In this document: positions 50,241 to 61,700 of the stretch, piece by piece
Numbering within the stretch: the stretch's first letter is position 1
Layout: every line of letters starts with the position of its first letter
DNA from: Marsupella aquatica
Lineage: Eukaryota > Plantae > Marchantiophyta
Direction: 5' to 3'
Length of the DNA stretch: 64,000 bases
NCBI GenBank assembly: GCA_973895155.1
Contig: OZ316894.1
Span: forward strand, 10,278,379-10,342,378
The notes under the pieces: generated by a model
What the model was told of the DNA's origin: nothing
Databases searched by the model: none
Seen by the model: the letters and a program-made list of their open reading frames with translations, nothing else
Program-made: the position numbers and the translations under genes

Positions 50241-51426
50241 TCGGATAGCTTGTTTGGGAAGAATCAATACTTTCACTAACTCTGGAATATTATAGTCCAC
50301 TTGGAATTTTGATAGTGTACTTTTGGAAAATTGAATGTTACTTTTTAGAAATTTGAAAACATAGTTTTTGAGTTTTAAATAAGGGTTCTGAACAATTCCA
50401 ATTTTCTTCCGGATACTTCAGCACCAATTTTGGAAACTTCAAGTTGTGATTTGGTACAAACTTTTGAGACATAACATAAGAAAAGGGGCTTAGGTTCACA
50501 CGTTGTTAACTTCATCCCAATGAGTTTTTTAATAGATAGAGACCAGCCACGAAAACCCACACGACAAGGGGGAACAAGCAGCCTCACACACAACAAAGAA
50601 CATGCACAGCATACCCCTAAAAGCCCCAAAAAGACGAGGGCCAGAGAGTCGCACAAGAGTAAAGAGTAAAAGCTCAACAACAAGAGTCGCCCTGACACCT
50701 AAGGGGCACGACGGAACAAAAGGTGCACTCAAAGCTTCAATGAAGAGTAACATATGATCATAAAAAGTGGGCGGGACCAAGTGTAACAATCCAGAGGAGC
50801 ATATAGTTTAGCAAGCAGTTTTGCAAGCTTTATCGATGCCTAGAATGATGCATACAAGAATTCTACATGTCTTGTTGTGAGGGAGGAGTATGATAGACGG
50901 AGGACTTTGCACAAGCTGTTCATCCGCACTTGAGCGCGAGCCACTCTCCTCCACCAACACACGCAATAGGAGAAGGCATCGTGAGAACAAAGGGTCTCTA
51001 TACTCTCTCCTCCCATCCCACACGTAGAGGGAGAAGCGTCGTGTGAAAAGAGGCTCCTCTCTGCCGAAGACCAAGTCGCTCCAGAAATAGAAGGGCAAAG
51101 AACAAGGGATTGCAAATGAAAGAGCACCAACATCCTATTCCACATTTGTACACATAAAGATAAGCTTGGTATATTCATAGGAAACATATGTGCCTAACAA
51201 AAATTCTGGTTGATGTCGGCGTAGCATCCCTGAAATATATCAACCACCCATGCTCAGAAACACCGAAGCCTCCCAAGTGGAAAACACTAAGGCGGAAAAC
51301 GCAAGCACTTTCTGTTCACACCTAAACATGATGCACGATCAACTAACAAATTCCTACGCGATGATCGCATCCACACAAAAAACAGCTCCAAAACACTTCC
51401 CGAGAGCTGACTCCAGAATGCCTCAT

Positions 51427-51912
51427 TCAATCGTTCCAGGATGATGGCATCCACTCGTCGGAGTCTGCATTATCGCTATCTAGAAATTCTTCCCTTGCCC
51501 ATTCCTTCAGACTTCTCTCGGAGCTTCGTTTCTTCTTCAAAGGTCCGTAATACTCAGCCAAATGATCCCTCTTCCAACGACGCCTCATCTTCCGACATTC
51601 CTCCCGACGGATCCTCTTTTGTTGCCCCTCCGTGGCCTTTGTCGACTTCTTCTCTTTCTCTTTCTGTTCCTCCTCCACCTCATCTGCAACAGGTGCCTGG
51701 TCGTTTGTCTTGTCATGACTAACCACAGTTTGGTTGCCAAGAGGAGGAATGGTTTCTGTTCTTGCAGCAACTCCAGAGTCAAAACTATTGGATGGCTCCG
51801 AGCACACAGAGAAGTTGGACCGCTCCTCATTTGCATTCTCTGCCTGTAATGCTCTAGAACTCTTCTCCGCATGTAATGCTGAAGGACTCCTCACTCGTCT
51901 CCCAGGTGCCAT
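51427..51912 (-). CDS. Hypothetical 161-aa basic/acidic protein (probable TE cargo)
   Basis: ATG-initiated open frame with NLS-like KKKR and an acidic tail, downstream of the transposase; no recognisable domain. Confidence 0.35.
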   Translation of the reverse strand: MAPGRRVRSPSALHAEKSSRALQAENANEERSNFSVCSEPSNSFDSGVAARTETIPPLGNQTVVSHDKTNDQAPVADEVEEEQKEKEKKSTKATEGQQKRIRREECRKMRRRWKRDHLAEYYGPLKKKRSSERSLKEWAREEFLDSDNADSDEWMPSSWND

Positions 51913-52074
51913 TATGAAAGTTAAGGAAAATCACCACGATCCAAAATGGTTGTCAAACGCTCAATTTGGAAAAGGAAGATTTGATCAGAAGGAGAGAGAT
52001 GTTGGAGACTGAGCCAGAAGTTCATCACAAAGCATAACTTGAAGGAGAGAAACAAGCCTCTCGAATAAGGGTGT

Positions 52075-52780
52075 GTGTGATGAGATCCGGGATTTGCAAG
52101 TCATAAGTTCATTAAGACATCCTACGCGAGCATCGTGTGGCACAATTATGATACAAAAACCCGTGACCGGGCACCACACCATCATTGTGGCCACAACAGA
52201 CCCGAGCCATAGGTCGACATGCGCGCCATTGCAGTGAAAGTGAAATTCAGTCCAAGTACACATCTTTCACTTTCCGAAGGTCATAATGATCCTAGAGCTG
52301 GGTAGTCCGGCCTACACGAGCCTCGTGCGGAAAGTAACTGGAACCAACCAGCTCCAACCTTGCCTATTGTTCTCCCACAGTCCTCAACCCGACAAAATAC
52401 ATTACGTGTGAATATGGGTCTGTGTGATGAGATCCGGGATTTTCAAGTCATAAGTTGATTATGACATCCTACGTGAGCCTCGTGTAGCACAATTATGATA
52501 CAAAAACACCTGTCAGTTTAACCTCAATAACGGAGGAAATTGAGCTCATCCCAAACAAATCTCATGATCCGGCACCAAACCATCATTGTGGACACAACGG
52601 ACACGAGCCAAAGGTCGACATGCGCGCCATTGCACTGAATGTACACACCTTTCACTTTTCAAAGCTCAATATGATCCTCGAGCTAAGTAAATCCGGCCTA
52701 CATGAGCCTTGTGCGGAAAGTGACTGGAAAAAACCAGCTCCAACCTCGCCTATTGTTCTCCCACAATCCTCAACCCAACA
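52075..52780. repeat. ~350-bp imperfect tandem duplication 3' of transposase, each unit with two palindromic motifs
   Basis: tgtgtgatgagatccgggattt...cctcaaccc at ~52075-52390 and ~52421-52778 (second copy has indels). Confidence 0.8.
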
Positions 52781-52842
52781 ATTAGGACGTGCCATGCATC
52801 GCCAATTGTCTTCCACGCGAGTCTCGCGTCGAGTTAAGGATA

Positions 52843-55800
52843 TTAGTTCTCCTCAATCGTTTCTGTAATGTAAACCTTCACACTTTCCAAAACTCTCGCT
52901 GGAACTTTTACCTTTGCTTTCGCTTTTGATGTCCATCCGGTGATGGTTGAAGTTGCAAGCATCCAATCATTCGTGACTGGGGGAATGAGGTAATTGGGAT
53001 CCCTTTCCCACGTTTGCTTTGAATTAAAGCAGTCCCGATATCTTTCTGATTCGGTTGCCAAACTGTTGCGATTAAGAGGGCGCCACCATTCAACTTGGAA
53101 CTCTCCAACATTTGCATTGTCGGTATCTCTTACGACACAATCGATTGCTTTTGCAAGCCAAAATCGTTGCGGAATTCTGGTTTCAAATTCATCGGTGGGT
53201 CGAATAATAACAAATGTATTCTTTTTAATATCTTCCAGAGGACTAAATCTTGACCTCTCACGCTCAGAAGGGTGTCCGACAAAGATTGTTTGCCTCTCTT
53301 CTTCATCTTCTTGAAGCTCTCTTTCCAGATTATGCATCACCCCATTGTCTTTGCTTGGGTTGGTATCCACATTCTGACCATACTGACGATACCCAGTTCC
53401 ATGGTTCGTTCGAGGCCAGAATCCATCAAGTAATGGATAATCTACCCCTGCTAGCGAAGGAGAGCAAAGTGTATCCTGAAACACAGAAACAATGTTTTCC
53501 CAGTATTGAATCTCTGGACTTCGGAGACAATATCCCTCTGATGTAACATCCTTCCATGCAGTCTTCAGCCATGAGATATAATGGATCAAGTACTCCAAAA
53601 TGTCATTCGCCCGCTTGTGAGAAGACTCCATCCGCTTGGAATATGGACTTCCAATTGGAAATTTGTATTGGTTTCTCTCTGAGTCAAACAACCAAATTGT
53701 TTGACCCTTTGTAGGTAGCCAAGGCGTATCAATTTTCTCTCGATATTGGTAGACTGGGACATTCTCCTTCATTGAGAACAAGAATTGAACAGGTGCTGAT
53801 TGACCCTGGATCCTTTTGACAAATGGTCCTACATAAGCTTTGTAAGATGCAACTTCGCGGATGAACCTGGGAATCGGATGTTTCTTCTCGCACTCCCAAA
53901 CCTCCACCATTAAACCAAAAAATGTGGTAAGCTCTCAATTGTAGATCCTTATCCCCACTCTAGAGAAGAAGGCATCCACATCCTCATGAGTGTGCCCGAC
54001 CATCAAAAAGGAAAGAGTTACTGACTCAAACACTCCTTTTAGAACAAGCTCGCTATAGAAAGCCAGAACTGTCTGGTTCTTGTTATCCTTTCCCGAGTTA
54101 TCAAGTTGAAGGTGGAGGTGTCAAGGAAGCGCCTTGAAGGGTAGGGATGTTGAAGACTCTACGCGACTCTCGTGTGGCACATTATCACCAAGCCCTGCGA
54201 AGTGAGCAAGAGAGATCTTTTTGGTTTCGAGGTATCCTACCTCAAAGGCACGCCGATCCAAGAGGGATACAAAGATTGGATATGTGACGTCAGAGGTGTT
54301 GAGAGCTAAATCGCCGGTCTTATCTCCCACAAACGATTCGAGATCACGAAATAACTTTGCAAGCGAAGAGACTGTAAAATCAGGATCGCTTGCCCACAAA
54401 CCAGAAAGGGCAAAATGTGCATAAATTCCAGGCTCCCGTCCATGCGTTAACATCCCCGTCAGCGTCATTGGTAGCGGGATTGATTTGCCTCCTTGGCTCT
54501 TGAGTGTAGAAGTCATTTTAGGGATTCCGGTCTTGGCTTGATCCATTTTATCGTGAATCACAGACAAATATTTGTCGGGCTCCTGGTCCGCTGCAAGTTT
54601 TGCTGCATAGTAGATACTCCTGCGTGATTGTTGTTCCAACATGTGCCGTTCGCGCTTTGCCTTGATTTCTAAAATCTTATCCACCCATTTCTCCCCCCGA
54701 AGTGTTTCTTTAATGGTCGTGCAGAGATCGCATTTTGCAAAGTTGCTCCGATCTTGGAATTGGAAATTGGGGAAATATTTATCCAAAAGCTTGTAGAAGG
54801 TTGGGAGAGAGGGCGAATGAATACCCAGGTTTTTGTTAAGCTCGCAAGCCTCTTCAAAAACATCTTTTCTCCCGTAACTTATTAGAACCCTGAAAACAAC
54901 TTCCTGCTTGCCTGAAACACCAATTTTGTGAAGATGTGGCATTGGTTCTGCACATTTCTGCAGGATACTTTGAATTGATTCTGTGAACAACACAACGTAG
55001 TCTTTGGTCTTGATGGTCCCTTCATTCCCATGAACACCAACTTTTGCCCCCTCCATGTATCGTGAATACATTGTGTAAAATGTTCCTTGAGAAAATCCAT
55101 GAATATTCCAGAAAGCTTCCTTGCAGATCCTGCTTCCCTTGAATACAATCATGCCTGAGGCGATGGTTTGATCGTCACGACAGTGAAGATGATTGAGCAC
55201 ATAAGTATGTTGCTCAACATGCGATAGACCATAGTACTCTTCCCTAATGTCAGTGACGGTCTCACGGAGTTGTCGTCGACAACAACTCTGTGAGCAACAA
55301 TCAACCCGATAAAGAGTATCTATGACACCCGAGACATCTTTTGATTGCGTCTTTTCTTGAGTCGGTTTCTCTCCTTCTGGTTTGAATCTTGAGGATTTCT
55401 TCGTTGATTGTTATAGCCCCTTTTTGGCTTGATATATGAGAGAATTCTAACTCCCTCATCGTTACCATCATTCCGATCTAAAAGATCACTAAGACATTCC
55501 ATTCCAGGCTCAATCCTAGTTTTGCTGATTGGCCATCGAACTGTGCATGGTGATCTGTCAACAAATTGAGGGAACATAACTTTTCCCAAGCCAGCTTCAA
55601 TAGCTAGACTCAAAATATTCACACCAACATGATCTTCCCCAACTCGCTCGTTGTTAATGGACGCAAGAGGATGTGGGTTTATGATGCAACCTCTTGCGAG
55701 CAAGGTTTCTCCGTCGTCCGCATAGAGAAGGGCAAACTTTTTGAACCATGTGCTACGATCTTTCAGATCCTCCGCAAAAACCTCTGTCCCCTCCAGTTTG

Positions 55801-56153
55801 GTGGCTGATTCAGAATTACCTTCAATATTGTCAACTGGGTCATCAATGACATAAGCTGACTCTATTTGACCTCCAAGATTCATGTCATTTGCATGGCGGA
55901 CATCTTGCCGATCCCACAAAACAACGGAGTTCACCGACTCTCCTACTAGATCAGCTCCCAGATGTGGATACGGCAGCTGTGCAAGGTGAAAGAAAGCATT
56001 GTCCACCGCCACACTTATCCGTTCTGCTCCAAGCAACACAGAGTGGCAGGTGTCGAAAGGTAGAACACAAAAAACCTTTCCACCAGCAACTGGTTGTTCA
56101 TTGATAAGCAAGTGAACGACTTCTCCAGGTAGAAGCTGCGTTCTTGAAGCCAT
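52843..56153 (-). pseudogene. Sola1-like DDD transposase with two N-terminal Tnp1/En-Spm-like domains; 1 frameshift, 2 in-frame stops
   Basis: CCSQSCC, ICKEAFWNIHGFS, FAKCDLC, IHDKMDQAKTGIP, LP*HLHLQLDNSGKDNKNQTVLAF, SFLMVGHTHEDVDAFFS. N-terminal VAGGKV..P...HSVLLG...VAVD...LPYP...VLW and a second related copy. Frameshift at ~55330; TGA at 54121 and ~53935. Confidence 0.8.
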
Positions 56154-56304
56154 TTTGGATCTAAGGAAAAAAGATTACAACAAAAACATCTTTTAAAACA
56201 TCCTACACGAGGCTCGTGTGAAAATCTCTAACTCGAATGTAAGCAAATATCACAGACCTGAAAATTCACCTCCAGTTTAAACAAGCAATGAAGAGAAAAT
56301 TCTA

Positions 56305-56922
56305 TTGTATCTTAGACAAGGGGAACAACACGAGACTCGTGTAGACAATCAAACATCCAAAATTCAATAGAGATTACTACTGAATACACAATAGTAGGCT
56401 CTTGAAACTTCTACACAGAGATGGATATTCTGAAATGAGTATTCTTCTTAGAGAAACTTTCTATGGAACGTTGTATTTGGATAGACGAGGGGAACAACAC
56501 GAGGCTTGTGTAGACAATCCAAAGTCCAATATTCAATAGAGATTACGATTGAATACACACTAGTAGGCTCTTAAAACTTCTACACAGAGATGGATATTCT
56601 GAAATGAGAATTCTTCTTAGAGGAACTTTCTATTGAAAGTTGTATTTGGATAGACGAGGGGAACAACACGAGGCTCGTGTAGACAATCCAAAGTCCAATA
56701 TTCAATAGAGATTACGACTGAATACACACTAGTAGGCTCTTAAAACTTCTACACAAAGATGGATATTCTGAAATGAGAATTCTTCTTAGAGGAACTTTCT
56801 ATTGAAAGTTGTATTTGGATAGACGAAGGGAACAACACGAGGCTCGTGTAGACAATCAAAAGTCCAAAATTCAATAGAGATTACTACTGAATAAACATCA
56901 ATAGGCTCTTAAAACTTGTACA
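56305..56922. repeat. 169-bp tandem array (~3.6 units), each with palindrome ACACGAG-R-CTCGTGT
   Basis: agac(a/g)a(g/a)gggaacaacacgag starts at 56314, 56483, 56652 and 56821 (period exactly 169). Confidence 0.95.
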
Positions 56923-57115
56923 GTTAAACAACATCCCAATGGGAAAGACTCAAGCAAATACATTCACATACTAACACAATCACTAAAACAAAATTGAAAA
57001 TGACAGGAGCAGTACCTGAAACAACAGAGCACGCTTTAACAAAAGTCCAACCTTGGACTGAAGGCACGAATGAGTCAGATCTCAAACAATGACTTGCACG
57101 AAGTGGTCTGTCACG

Positions 57116-57482
57116 TTATATAGTGAGTGGGGGTGCGAGAATGTCAGACTTTCAACTCTACCAGATTGTCGTGTAGTACTTTTTTGTGGCGGCGTGGAGT
57201 GTGGTGAGCAGCCATTTCCATAAATGCAGATTGGTTTGGCGGCGGGTGGTGGTTCGCCATGTTAGTGACACGTCCTCCACCAGATCCCGAGTGTCAGGTT
57301 TGGCGGCCGGGTAGCGACCGCAATCATTGTTGCAACCGCAAGGGGTATATGTTGCTTTCCAGCTCGCTGTCGCTCTCATTCTCTTTCTCTGTCAATCACG
57401 CTCTCTCTCGCTCTCTCTCTCTCTCTCACGCTCGGCCCTTAGATTGTTTCACGCTCTTTCACGCTTGCCTCGGACTATAAAA
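57116..57482. promoter_or_regulatory. Putative divergent promoter (transposase on -, cargo genes on +)
   Basis: CTATATAA on - at 57116-57123; CT-repeat plus TATAAAA on + at 57476-57482; ATG at 57587 followed by a GT donor. Confidence 0.45.
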
Positions 57483-57586
57483 GGACCTCGGGCCTCGGAC
57501 CTTGGATCATTTGTGTTTTCTATTTGTTTTTGCTCAACTGGTCAGTGCTTGACATTGTCGTGGAGGAGTTCGCACGTGCGAGGGCA

Positions 57587-58362
57587 ATGACGACTTCTTT
57601 GGCAGAAAATGATGCCGGCTTACTTGCTCTGGCTGCATTGAGGAAGCTCAAAGGTAATTTTGACCTGCATTTCTCTGTTTTCTATGGATTGTGCTAAACT
57701 TGAGTCTGCTCTACACGAGAGTCGTGTAGAATGGGTCTCTTTCATCGACCCATACTCTCTATTTGAGAGCCCTTATGTCAGAATTTAGAATTTCCTGTTC
57801 AGTTCTACGCGAGTCTCGCGTAGACCGTTTCTCCAATCTTGGAAGACAATGGATTTCTACGCGACTGTCGTGTAGAAACTCAGGTTCTGTAGAGTGTTAA
57901 ATCCTCGTTCGGAGGTAGTACCATTTGGAATCAAAACATTATTCATGTGACTTTATTCTTTCAACTTTTCTAGAGGAAGGCGCTCATTGCAAGGACGATT
58001 TGGAGAAGATTGAGGGATTGTTGCAAAAAAGTATTTCTGCTTTTGATATGAGTTTGATGGAGAATTCCATTCTCCAAAAAGCGTTGGAGGATGGAAAGGA
58101 AGCAATAGAATACGAGCGGGAGCAGATGTTTGCAAAGTATCGATGGGCACAGATCCAACATTTGACTACTTGCGACGTAGCGACAAAGTCCATGAAAGCT
58201 TCTCTTGAGATGGAGAAGTTTCAAGATCGTCAAGTTCATGACTTGCGCCAGGAGCTGGCCGATGGCCGAGAGAGGGAAAGACAATTGGATACCAAAGTGC
58301 GATGGATTGAATTGGAAAAAAACAATTGTTGCCTTCATGCCACATGTGTTCGCATACTTTGA
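57587..58362 (+). CDS. Hypothetical coiled-coil protein (2 exons), TE cargo, possibly degenerate
   Basis: MTTSLAENDAGLLALAALRKLK|gt...ag|EEGAHCKDDLEKIEGLL...; helical ORF 57925-58362. Confidence 0.4.
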
Positions 58363-58716
58363 GTTAGGGTTCTCTTATGTTTCTAGCGGATCAGATTGTT
58401 TTCTTAAATCTGGACAATGTTTTAACTCCGAATGATGATGAGCTCAAATGGCTCATACGACTATCTCCAGAGATCTGATAGTCATTTTTTGCAGGATCAT
58501 TTACACGCCAAAGAGGCCAGAGGTCTGATAGTCATTTTTGCGGGACCGTTTACACGCCAAAGAGGCCATTTTGTAAAGGATGTTTTGACATCATTTTGTT
58601 TGTAATGAATCAACAGTTTTTCGGCTCACTTTATTTTCTATGCGAGTGTCGTGCAGATGTTTGACATATTTCTCCTTGTCTTCTAGGAGTTTGCTCTGTT
58701 TATTTCCGTTTTGACA

Positions 58717-61700
58717 GGCTTCGCATTGAAACTCCGACGGTCACAAAACTTCAGAATATTTTGGCGACAGTGAATTCATGGTCTTTTGAATTGCAACCAG
58801 TCAAAGGCAACTACCGTTTGATTGTGAGGGGAGTTAAAACAGAAAATGGACGAAGAAACTTTGTGAGTTTTGGCACTCTCGCAGACTGTACGAGGTTTGC
58901 GCCCCCAAAGGACAACCCATCTCTTCTGCTGACATTGGAGTGTGAGAGTTCTTGGAATTTCAAGCAGATGGTTGCTCCACTTCTTGGGTTTTGCTCAGCA
59001 CATTGTCTTGAACCTTACAACCAGAACACAAATGTTGTCTCTTGCGGTTTCTTTGATCCTTTAGTGGATAGATGGCTGTCACCTGATCGGGTCTTTATGG
59101 CTGATGAAATAATTCTAGGGCTTGGACGGGTCTCCTATCTCATGAAGCAGTCCGAAAATTTTATCTCTCGGACACGAGAGGTGGATCACATAATGCGGAT
59201 GAAGATCCCAGACGATGACTGGAGGAGAAAGATGACTATTTCTCCGAATGTTGTGTTCATGAAACACTTCAGTGAGACAAAGGTGGAGGAATGGATTCGA
59301 GAGCATCCAGTAATCCAAGACTTGGTACGCCCAAAGAAGAAAGAAGCTGGTGGAAAAGAGATTGACGATGATGATGGGGAGGGAAAGGACGAGGAGGACT
59401 CCTTCGAGGATGACTCGTCCGCCTCTGGAGAGAGCAAGTCCCATGAAACGATATCAGTCTATGAGACAGAAAATGAGGATGACGGAGAGGAGGGAAGTGT
59501 CCAAGAAGAGAGCAAGAAGACTTTTCATAATCGGGCGGGGTCAGAGAATGAGTCAGAGTCAACAAGTTTAGAAGGTGCAGTTGAACTAACCAACGATGAT
59601 GGTGAGAGTGGGGAATTCAACAAAATGAGGTCATCCCACCAGCAAAGCCTCCAACAGAGAAGCGATACGCAAAGACTTCAAAGGGAGTTTCGCCCAGGAA
59701 GGGGAAAGCTGGTGTCGTGTCAGAGTCATCCACACCCAGTTGGAAGAAAAAAGCAGTGGATGAAAAATCACCATCAGGGAAACTAGGCCAGAAGAAGGTT
59801 GATTTTGAGAAAACAAAAGAAGAAGCTAAACTACCTCAGAAGAGAGTGAGAGTCGTTGATCAAGCAGATGAGCCGCCTGCGGCAAAAACAGGCCGCAAGA
59901 AGGTTCAACGGGAAGAACAAAAAGAAGACAAGAAACCATCTCGAAAGAGAGTTCTTGTTTCTGACCAGTGCGAAGTCGTGCCTCAAGTGAAAGGTGGAAA
60001 AAACTTATCTTTGATTGATAAACAAGAAGAGGCAACATCTTCTCGGAAGAGAATTCAAGTTGTCAAGGAAGCGCAAGGAATACGAAAATCAAGCAAAGCA
60101 AAGAAAGTCGCTTCACCAGAAAAACCTGAGGAGGAGAAACCGACTCAAAAGTCTCGGGTTGGACAGAAATCTGAGTCGGTCAGGAAGAAAGTTGAGAAGG
60201 TTGAACCGGAGATCAGGACGCTGAAGCGAAAGGGAGTCGTAAAAGATCCTGCACCAAAGGGAAACAAAAAAGCAAAACTTGATGTTGAATCAGTAGTTGT
60301 GGAATCAAGGGCAAAGCCTCCTAAGCAAAGGGGAACGACCACAGAGTCGGCTGAAATTGTTGTGAAAACTCCCATGGTCAAAGCCGTGGGGAAGAAGGCC
60401 CCAAACGTTGAGAAGCAGGCTGTCATCACCTCTCAAGCTGTCGTTCGCAAGCCCAAGAAAGCAAAGAAAAATCAGGAAGCTGTTGAGAGAACCCTAGTTC
60501 CGCGAAGCTAGTTGTCGACCGTGCTCGTCTGGAGACTGCAGAAAAAACATTGGAGTTGAATAAGTCTTGGTATTGTTTCGAGATATTCAGATTTTTTTCT
60601 GTCCCGGTTGAAAACATCCATCCCCCTCCTGCCAAGATGAATGAGAGACTCCTCAATGAGGAGCATGTCAACCATCTTGCACAACTGATGATGACAAATG
60701 CAGGGCAAGAACCTTTACCTGCAGATTTGGTTCCTTACAAGATGATCGACGGAGTACCGAGTTTAATTGACCTTGCGGGAAAGGACATTGACACCAAGAA
60801 GCTTGCGGAATTCAAGTTCTTTGCCATCAGTGGTCAACATTCCACAATGGCCGCCAAGAAAATTATCCGGAGTTCAAAGACCCAACCATCTCTCATGCAA
60901 ACAGCCAATTTGCTCAAATATCGTTGAGCGCGAATTCTCAAAGGGTCAACTCCGGTGAAAGTTCTTGTGGAAATTTCACACGCAAACAACCTTCAGGCGG
61001 AGGCACATCGGTTTTCATCTCCATTTATTGATCAAGTGAAACATGCAAGAATGCAATACAGTGATATGGGGCGACCAGCTCGTCCACTTCCATCGGGTCG
61101 AAAATCTCCAGAATTTCAGGTAGGTTCTCCATGAGAGTTGTGAACAAAATCCTTTCTACGCGAGAGTTGTGTAGAGCCTTTCCAGTATTTGGGGATTCGA
61201 AACTTTGAGCTGGCTAACTTTGAGTTGTTTGGTCTTTCCTCCCAGGAGTATGAAACACTTGCGAAAGTTACGTTAAAGGTGAATAGCATCAGCGAGTACA
61301 ATTGGATTTTGTTTGCTCCCGAGAAGCTCTACTCTTTATGGAGAGAGGTTTGCAATAATTGGCTCAAGGGTAATCTTTTGGATTCATCCGGACAAATGAC
61401 AGGAAAATCGAAAGAAGCAAAACAGTTGACAGGGACAACATTCCGGGTTTTTGAGGGTGCCGTAGAATCCGACATCTTGGAAATCCTCCACAAAGTGAAT
61501 TTGGGGGAGGCGCTTTTGATGAAAAAAAAACATGCTTTGACTGATCTTCCCGCCATGTCAGAATTGGCAAGAAAAGCAAAGTATACGGAGAAACTTAAGG
61601 GGGCAATACTTCGATTCTATCGGGAGAAGTACGAAGGGGTTTTCTTGCAAGGATCAACTTGGGGTGATGTAGTTCAGCAATATAATTTCACTGATGAGGA

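Noticed and set aside
50256-51221. Separate TIR element truncating the MTase-like gene
   Set aside because: A composition change suggests an insertion or junction, but I could not find matching TIRs or a TSD.
56305-56922. CRISPR-like array (also considered for 23188-23905)
   Set aside because: Whole units repeat with no unique spacers; no cas genes; eukaryotic context.
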